Positions 56,563 to 64,000 of a DNA stretch of 64,000 bases are shown here, piece after piece; position 1 is the stretch's first letter; every line of letters begins with the position of its first letter. The position numbers were made by a program, and so were the translations under genes. Source of the DNA: an uncultured Planctomycetaceae bacterium (GTDB taxonomy: Bacteria > Planctomycetota > Planctomycetia > Pirellulales > PALSA-1355); contig CAWAUV010000009.1 of NCBI GenBank assembly GCA_963785305.1, forward strand, positions 128,001 to 192,000, written 5' to 3'. Under the pieces are notes generated by a model, which was not told the origin of the DNA, did not search any database, and saw only the letters and a program-made list of their open reading frames with translations.

Positions 56563-57782
56563 CTATTCGGAAGCTTGTCGCCGCGCGAGCAGGCCGGTCG
56601 CGAAGCTTACCGGGTCGTTGCGCTCGCGGGCGCTGGCGAGCAGATAGCGATAATCATTGGCGAGCCGCGAAAGCTCAAGCAATGTGGGCGCTTCGCGCCC
56701 GCCGCGCAACGCGCCGGGCGAAAGTTTCGCGGCGGCGGCGACCGCTTCGGCATGGCGGCCAAGCCGATCCAGCAGACCGATGTAAACTTCCGCGACCAAG
56801 GGCTCTTCCTCGCCGACTTCGGCGGCCCGTTTTTCGAAAAACGCCACCGCTTCCTCGACTCGCTCGCCAAGGAGGCGCCGAAAAAGAGGGCATGGGTGGC
56901 ATAGGCGTCGACAAATGGTTCGTCGCCGACAAATTGGAACTGCCGCGCGAGGCGCCGGCCATATTCGGTGAGCTCGACCGCCAGCCGGAGCGTGGCCGGG
57001 TCGTCGATCGCGCGGGCAAACCGAACCACGGCGGCGAGATGGGTCGTGTCGATGTGATAGTTATTGTTCAAAAACAGCCATTCGCGGTCTTCCAATAGTC
57101 GCGGAATGCTTGTCTCCGCGACTTGCGACTGCTCGCGGCGCCGAATATCGGCCGCGAGGCTTTCGAGCAAGTCGGCGTGGAGCCGGCGCACCAGCATCGC
57201 GGCCGGCGCCTGCCGGTCGGCGCGACGCAGCCCCGCGATCGAGGAATCAAACGCCGTGATCGCATTGCAAACCCCAAAATGCTCGAGCACGAGCCTGAAT
57301 CCGAGCGACGGGGCAACCGCTTGATGCAACGCGATTTCGATGATGTCTTCCAGATTCTCTTCGTTGGGTTCGAGCCGTTCGAGCTGCCGGGCCACGAGGG
57401 ATTTGTCGCCCAGCGGCCTTAGATAATGCCAAGCCGATCGCACATCGCCCTCGCCCAGGAGCAGCAGGCCGATTTCACGGCAAGCGTCTAGATAAGCGGT
57501 TTCGACTTGGTTTCGCTCGGATTCGGGCAAATCGTCGAGCGGCGCGGTAAGCACAATCGGCAGCCCGAGCCGATGTCGTGTTGCCAGGAGCAGGGCGTCG
57601 AACAGTTCGTGATATCGCTTTTCGTCGCGAAGGCGTTGGGCCAAGCCGGCGAGGAGCGATTTCGCGTCGCCCGCCGCGGCTTGGGCTTCGAGCGTTTCGA
57701 ATCCAACGTCGACCCCGGCGAGATCGGCGACTTCATCGGCCGCCGGGGGCTGGGCAGCATTCGAGGGGCCGGCCGTATCCAT
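56563..57782 (-). CDS. Conserved hypothetical helical protein (frameshift near 56860)
   Basis: ORF 56607..57782 (FGVCNAITAFD, NYHIDTTHL) continues in ORF 56563..56847. Confidence 0.65.
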
Positions 57783-58072
57783 GAAGCAAACTCCGAGAGA
57801 AAAGATTCCATTTTTTTGACGCTTCCATCGTAACTATGCATGCGGCGCGGGGACAGTGCCCCGGGGGCGGGCAAGAACTTCGGGCAAAACAGTATTGCTG
57901 GCAATGAGAGCGGGCAGCGGCGCGGCAGCGGGGGCAGCGGGATAAACGCGGGCTCGTATTGACCCATTTCCGACAAATTGGCACACTTCCGCCGCCGAAG
58001 ACCGGCGCCGCGATGGAACTCGTCGACGATCACACGACGCGCTGGCGATTTACTCGAAAGGATGGCGGACAG

Positions 58073-58788
58073 ATGCAACGTTGGCGACTCTCCGGATTTC
58101 AGATTCTCTGTTGTTTGTTGGGCTTGGCGGTTGGCTGCGGCCAGCCGGCCGATTCGGGCGCCCCCAGTCGCAATCCGGCGCCGGGCCGGTCGCCAGCGCC
58201 GCCTCGGGAAACGCCACGACGGGGACAGATTCCCCGGCCCACACGGTTCGCATGTTTTTGACCGCGGTTCGCAAATCCGACGACGCTGAAGCCGGCCGCT
58301 GGCTCACGAAATTGGCGCTCGAAAAAACCACCGAACGCAAAATGGCGATCGCTCCCACGGGTTCCGAGACGGCCCAGTTCGAAGTGGGCGCCGTGGAAAT
58401 GGTCGAGGGCGGCGCCCATGTCGCGTCGACCTGGAGCGATGTCGACGCCGATGGCAATCGCCAGTCGGAGCCGATCGTGTGGGTCGTGGCGAAGGAGCCC
58501 GAAGGTTGGCGAATCTGCGGACTGGCCACGACGCTGTTCGAGGAAAAACTGCCGATTGTGCTGAACTTCGAAGACCCCGACGAAATGATGCGCAAGCAGC
58601 AATATGCCGAAGCCGAAGCAGCTCGCCGAGCGGCGGTAGCGGCCGGCGCGACAGCGGGAACGGATTCCACTTCGACCCGCGCCGACGCTTCAACTGCCGG
58701 CGGCGCGGCGACAGCCGACGGCGTCGGGGGTCCGCAAGGCCAAGCGCCGCGCCCACGACTGGCCAAGCTCCGGTCGATGATCGAGTGA
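58073..58788 (+). CDS. Putative lipoprotein, NTF2-like fold (N-terminal frameshift)
   Basis: Lipobox LAVGC after ATG 58073; SPAHTVRMFLTAVR...EPEGWRICG...LNFEDP in ORF 58081..58788. Confidence 0.65.
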
Positions 58789-59216
58789 TCGATGGCCGCG
58801 CGCCCGACGCCACGACGCCCTCGACCGCACGGCGCAACGTGCTTCGCGAGGGCAAACAACGCTAGCAATTTTGGCCTCGAGCGCGCCACGGCGTGGAGCG
58901 AGACAAATTTTTTTCGGCCGGCGACCCGCAGTTGCTAAGACCGCTTGAGCCGAAGCGCTGGGCTCGCGGCCGGGAGACTGGCGATTTTTTTGCTCCGCCG
59001 GCATCGGGCGACGCGTGCTCGCCCGCAAGGTCGGCGGCGTTTCGCAAATAACGTGCTGAACGACACTTAGATTCAGCACAGCTTCCACAATCGAATCAAT
59101 TCGGCATGACCTCGCTCTCGGGCGAGGTTTTTTCACGCGCCAAGTCCTTGGATCGCGATGAAATCTGGAGTACAGTTGTGCCGTGTCGTTAGATTGCCCC
59201 TAAAACTCCAGGTTGA

Positions 59217-59273
59217 CCCATGACATCCATTTTGTCATGGGGCGCTTGACAAGGTGCATCGCGATGCTAATTT
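59217..59273 (+). promoter_or_regulatory. Sigma70-type promoter with upstream 9-7-9 inverted repeat
   Basis: cccatgaca-N7-tgtcatggg (59217-59241); TTGACA (59246)-16 bp-TAATTT with extended TG; perfect palindrome gcatcgcgatgc in the spacer. Confidence 0.65.
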
Positions 59274-59301
59274 AGCAGCCTAGATTGTGCATCCGTATCC
59301 A

Positions 59302-59445
59302 GGCTTCCTAATCGGAAAAGCTGAAACATCGGAGCGTGAGACCGGGATCGAGCCGGGCTACGCATGCACTTTTCGAGAAGCCCATTCGACGCCGTTCGCG
59401 AGTGGGTAGCTGAGAGGACGAACGGCGCGAGTGGTTTTTTTCTTT
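59302..59445 (+). promoter_or_regulatory. Candidate structured 5' leader with intrinsic terminator (attenuator/riboswitch-like)
   Basis: Nested stems ggcttc/gaagcc and gaaaag/cttttc; terminator ccattcg-a-cgccgttcg / cgaacggcg-cgagtgg plus T-tract; competing stem cccattcg/cgagtggg. Confidence 0.45.
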
Positions 59446-59488
59446 CGGACCCTAGTTCCGGTACTTTTTTCAGTTGGAGGATGTGAGG

Positions 59489-59881
59489 ATGAATCGTACG
59501 TTTGCGTTGGGGATCGCGATTTTTTTCGCGATCGTGGGCATCGCCTTGGTCGGCGGTGAGAAGGCTGCCGTGGCTGGTCATGGTTGCCATGGTTGCAGCT
59601 GCGGTGGTGGCGATTGTGGCGGTTGCGGCGGTTGCGGTGGTCATCACCACTGCCGTCTGTTCCACCATCGTCATCGTTGCTGCGGTTGCAGCGGCGAGGC
59701 CCCGGCTTGTGCCGCTCCGGCCTGTGCCGCTCCGGCCTGTGCCGCTCCGGTTTGCGAAGCCCCGGCTGCTCCGGCTTGTGCTGGCGCTCCGGTCGCCCCG
59801 GGTTGCGCTGGCGAAGCCCCGGCCCCGGCTCCTCCGGCTCCGGCCCCGGCTCCGGAAGCCCCGAAGCCGGCCAGTGCTTGA
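59489..59881 (+). CDS. Small secreted Cys/His/Gly-rich protein with PACAA repeats
   Basis: Signal peptide ending AVA; 16 Cys, 8 His; 15-bp tandem repeats; strong GGT/GCT/CCG codon use; RBS upstream. Confidence 0.8.
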   Translation: MNRTFALGIAIFFAIVGIALVGGEKAAVAGHGCHGCSCGGGDCGGCGGCGGHHHCRLFHHRHRCCGCSGEAPACAAPACAAPACAAPVCEAPAAPACAGAPVAPGCAGEAPAPAPPAPAPAPEAPKPASA

Positions 59882-60026
59882 GCATGTGGTCAATCGTTGG
59901 CGAGCTTGCTCGTGAACGTCAGGCGCCCCGCAGCGTCTCGATGAGTTCCGAACCGGCTGGCCAGCGAGCACGATTCGCGGCGGCTTAAGGTTTCGACCTT
60001 AAGTCGGCTGAAAATCGAAAGCAACG

Positions 60027-60061
60027 GAGCCGGGCCTCCTTCGTGGGGCCCGGCTCTTTTT
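60027..60061 (+). terminator. Intrinsic terminator
   Basis: gagccgggcc...ggcccggctc stem followed by ttttt. Confidence 0.75.
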
Positions 60062-60385
60062 ACGCGCTGACCGTCATTTTTTCGCGTCGCGCGAATCGGC
60101 CAACAGGTCTTTTCGACCTACTCCGCCTCCACCAGCCCGCCGGCGAACCGACACTCGACAGAGCGCGATCGCCGGGTCTTGTTGGTAAAATGGGAATTCT
60201 GATCCATCTAGTAAAGCCCGGGTGTCGCTATCGCCGATAGCTTGCTGGCGCCGCCGGCTCGCGGTTTCAAGGATGTGCCCCGCTCGTAAATCGCCGACCT
60301 GGGAATGAAATCCTCCCCCCAGCGCCGGGATGGATCGCCCTCGACCGACACTGTCATTCTTCGCAATCCTTGAAGCAATTTCCGT

Positions 60386-61122
60386 ATGTCTCGAACTCCA
60401 GCGCAAGCGACGAGCGACGCCCAACAACCCGACGCCAACTGGCGCTCGCTGGTGAGCCTGGGCCTCGTGATTCATTTCTTTGGCATCGGCTTGGCGCTGG
60501 CCAGTTACACGGCCGCCTCGCCGCTGCAAATGCGCGTGCTCGAAGTGCTGCCCTATCTGAAGTGGCTCGACTTCGACTTTACCCATGTTTATCCGAGCCC
60601 GGCCAATCTGCATCAAACACACGCCTCGGCCGCGGATGTCGACTTCACCGCCGTGGTGACGGCCACCACGAAAGACGGCAAGCAGGTGACGGTCACGATT
60701 CCACCGGCCGATGTCTGGCCGCCCATCCGCCGCCGCCGTTACCAGGCCCTGGCCAATGTGATGGGCAGTATCGCCAGCAGTGAGGAAAAGAAAAGCTGGG
60801 AGAGTGTCTTGCCGCGGGCCTTTGGCGCGTCGGTGCTCCTGCCGCAGGGGGCGAAAGTGGGCGACATTGTCATCACGGCTCACAACCTCCCGTCGATCGA
60901 GGATCTCGATTCCTCGCAGCCGGCTCGCAATGACCCCAACGCGACCGCATATTTTCGCAAAGCTTATGAAGCAACGCTGATCGCCACCAAGGATCAAGTG
61001 AGCGTGCAAAAGCCGAACGCCACGTTCGAGGTCGCCCCGGTCGAGAAATCGCCCGGCGTTCGCGGTGGCGCCGACCCCAAACGAGCCGGCGCCGCGCCCA
61101 GCGCCGGGGAGCCAAGCCATGA
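60386..61122 (+). CDS. Membrane-anchored protein, SdpA/DUF5819-like by context (end inferred from ATGA overlap)
   Basis: N-terminal TM with LVIHF, then soluble domain; coupled to the HTTM gene. Confidence 0.5.
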
Positions 61123-62127
61123 TCGCCTCGTCCATGAGTGGTTATTTTCAACTGTTGAGCGAGCGCCATCGGCGCGGCGTGGAATCGGTTTTGGTTCGCC
61201 TCGGCTGGCCCGGCGCCGCTGGCGCTGGTGCGGGTGCTCACCGGAATCATCGCGCTCTATTGGTATGCGACACTCGCGCCCGACTTGCAGCGATTCTTTG
61301 GTCCCGATGGATTGCTTCCGGTCGAAACGGTGCGCGAACTCGAATTTCCGCCCGACACGGTGCGCGATCCCAACGGCCCCTTGTCCTGGGGCGCCGGTTC
61401 GTATTTGAACTTCGCGACCAAAGCCCAGGATTTGTGGGCCTTCTATGCGATCGGCTTCTTGCCGCTCGTGGCCTTCGCCGCCGGCTTGTTCACGCGGCTC
61501 GCGGCGCCGCTGGCGCTCGTGGTGGTGCTGTCGACGATTCATCGCGGTCCGCCAATCACGGGACCGGTCGAACCGCTGTTGGCGATGGCCATGTTCTATC
61601 TGGCGATCGGCCCCTCGGGCGCCTGCTATTCGCTCGACGCTTGGCGACAACGACACTCGGGGCGGAAGAGCGGCAATCTCTCGAGGCTGGCCGCGACCGC
61701 CGCGCCCTCGACCGCCTGGACCGGGGTTGTGACGCGGGCCTTTCAAGTCCACTTGGCCCTGCTCTATGCCTGTATGGCTTCGGCAAAACTTTATGCCGGC
61801 GCTTGGTGGATGGGCACGGGAGTGTGGTGGCTTCTGACCCGCGGCGACTCGCGATTGGTCGATCTCACTTGGCTGCATGCGCATCCGTTTCTGGTCAACT
61901 TCTGGTCCCACGCCACCATCGCCACCGAGTTGGCGTTTGCCCTCTTGATCTGGCTGCGAATCGCGCGGCCGCTTCTGCTCGGACTCTCGGCCGTGATGTG
62001 GACCTTGCTGACGCTCGTCACCGGACAGTTGCTGTTTTTGCCGATGATCCTGAGCGCGAATCTGATCTTCGTGCCCGAGTCGTTTCTGCTCGGCCGCGGG
62101 AGCGACGCGGAGCGGGCAGGCGGCTGA
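61119..62127 (+). CDS. HTTM-domain (SdpB / vitamin-K-dependent carboxylase-like) membrane protein (N-terminal frameshift)
   Basis: NRFWF...ALVRVLTG, GLFTR, YSLDAW, QVHLALLY..ASAKL..WWMG, ELAFALLIW. Confidence 0.8.
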
Positions 62128-62173
62128 TGGTTGCTGGCGCGAGCTTGCAGTCAACGAGTCAACGGAGTCAACG

Positions 62174-63890
62174 GGGACCAGTTCAGCTTATGCGGCGGTG
62201 GCGAGGGGGGTGGAGCGGCGGTGGAAGGGGTGGCCGGGGCGTTGCGAGAGGTAGTCCTTGAGCCGGCCGTCGTCGCTGAGGGCGGCGGCGCGGAGCTGCA
62301 AGATCGCTTCCGCTCCGTCGGGATCGTCCCAGAACATTTCGGTCCCTTTCACGCGCAGGTTCATCTGTTTGATCAGCGACTCCATCGGCGCGCTGGTGAC
62401 CGGCAGGCCCAGGCGGCGATAGCTGGGATAGTCCATCCGCTGGCGATTGTTCGTCAAGTACCGCACGGCGTCGACGAGCGGTTTCTCCGCGTCACTGGGT
62501 TTCGTATCTTCCCAGTCGATGCCCCGGGCGAGGCAGGCTTGCTTGATCTCGTCGATCACGTGATCGACCTGGCCTTGCCAGCACCAGGTGACGAACTTTA
62601 GATAGAGCGACCAACCCTCCGCATCGTTGGCGGCCAGCGCCAGCGCCGCGCGGTAAACGTATTGAATCGCATGAATGAAGTCGAGGACGGGCGTGAACGT
62701 CGGAAAATGTTTTTTCCAGATCGACCAGTTCCAGTTCAGGCCATCACCGAGGAAGACCCGTAAAGGAGAATCGTAGAACCGGCGCCGCTGGGCTTCGCGC
62801 CGCATCAGCGGGCCGAAATCCTCCGAGCAGGACATACTGCTCAGCGCCGTGCGCAGCACGCGCCGCGGGCCTTCGTACTTCACGCGGCGGGGTTTCTCGG
62901 CGGCGGATTCTTCGCCGGGCGAATCGAGGCGGGGAACCGCTTTTTCCGCGATATTCGCCACTTTTTTCGCGATGCGAAAGGAAGTCGGCAACTCGGGGCA
63001 AGCGTCTTCGTCCGCGACATGCCGCGGGTTGAGAGACATTCGCTCGAACGAAGCGTTCTTCGTTTCGCGCCAGCCTTTCTCGCCCGACGGCACGACGCCG
63101 CGTCCCCGGCCCGGCTCGCGCGTGCGAATGCGGCCGCCGTCGCAAGAGACCACCGCCGCTTCCGGCACGACGACTTCCTTGACGACTTTTTTATTGTCGC
63201 TGGGCGCCGGCAGTGCCTTCCCGTCGGCCAGTTCCTGGCCCACCTGTTTCACCAAACGCCGAATCGTGCTGCAGGGAACTTTGTGTCCCAGCACTTGCTC
63301 GGTGATCACTTCCGCGCGCTTGAACGAACGGACTTCCGCGGCTAGGCAGACCACGGCTCGCGTCAACTCGGGCGTGACCTCGCGGCTATCGAGTCCCAAC
63401 GTCAACCGCTGAGGGAAAAAAAGACCGCCGGCAGCGGTCGCAGTAAGCGGTCGTCTCGGTCACCTCGACCCGGCCATCCAGGCTGGTGACCGGCCTCGTT
63501 GCGGTTTGCACGCGGCACGACGCTCCGCAGGTGGGGCAGTTCGCTTCCGTCGGGCAGCTCGCGGCGACTTCACGCATCGCTCGCTCTTGGGCTTCACGGC
63601 TCAACTCGCGGCCGAGCGTGATAGCATACCGCTCGATGACGCTATAGTGCGGCGTGCCGAGGAACGCCCCCTGCTCGACCATCTCCTCGATTCCCAGTTC
63701 GGCCAGTTCCCGCAAAAGTTCCTTCCTCCTGGCCTCGCGGGCCTGCATCGCGGCGTCCATGCCTAGCGCTCCTTAAGCAAGTTTCGTTCACCGATCAAAT
63801 CCACCTCGCCCAGCTTACCACACAAACCCCGAATTCTCCTATTGACGTTTCCACATCCACCCCCCAACCCGCAAAAGCTGAACTGGTCCC
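62174..63890 (-). mobile_element. Complete IS, ISKra4/ISLre2-like (IS256 superfamily), 1717 bp
   Basis: IRs gggaccagttcagcttatgcgg / ccgcaaaagctgaactggtccc (21/22); 9-bp target duplication gagtcaacg at 62165-62173 and 63891-63899. Confidence 0.92.
62188..63760 (-). CDS. DDE transposase in two overlapping frames (63386..63760 and 62188..63405)
   Basis: Zn finger CPTC...CDRC; SCDGG, FLGDGLNW, LDFIHA, YLTNNRQRMDY, SAPMES, RVKGTEMFW. Confidence 0.88.
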
Positions 63891-64000
63891 GAGTCAACGG
63901 GCGACCGCGAAGCGACGTTGACTCGCATGGGCCGGGGACCTACGATCCGCCGCGATTGTGCCCGCGATCGGTGACTTTCCTTCGCAGCGAGCGCTTCGGT

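Noticed and set aside
1..64000. tRNA or rRNA genes
   Set aside because: No cloverleaf or rRNA signature recognised by eye; a covariance-model scan would be needed to exclude them.

Overview
GC-rich bacterial chromosomal window, most likely from a planctomycete (Pirellulales-like gene content). Many genes, including essential gyrA and mutS, are split by single-base indels, which most likely reflect long-read assembly errors, so fragments were merged. Contents in order: a translationally coupled prenyltransferase-repeat/BatA-vWA operon (1-9.9 kb); a ParB-like + ABC-ATPase-GNAT pair with an XRE regulator; gyrA; two tandem J-domain-like/TM/WD40 paralogues; GDPD; an SPFH protein; an accessory island (26.7-32 kb); a metallopeptidase-SASA and SASA pair; a PAS hybrid kinase with two response regulators; a sugar isomerase/Gfo-Idh-MocA/DoxX cluster; mutS, glgC and other housekeeping genes; a Cys/His-rich secreted protein with a structured leader beside an SdpA-like/HTTM pair; and a complete ISKra4/ISLre2-like IS. 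The most striking observation is in the island. An orphan Rhs-toxin/immunity cassette is bounded by 28-bp inverted sites (core CCTGACCCCTTAGAATT) that abut YD repeats on both sides. One site contains the stop codon of a RAYT-like Y1 transposase remnant and is split by a group II intron whose EBS1-like sequence is complementary to the site. All family assignments come from motif recognition by eye; no database searches were run.
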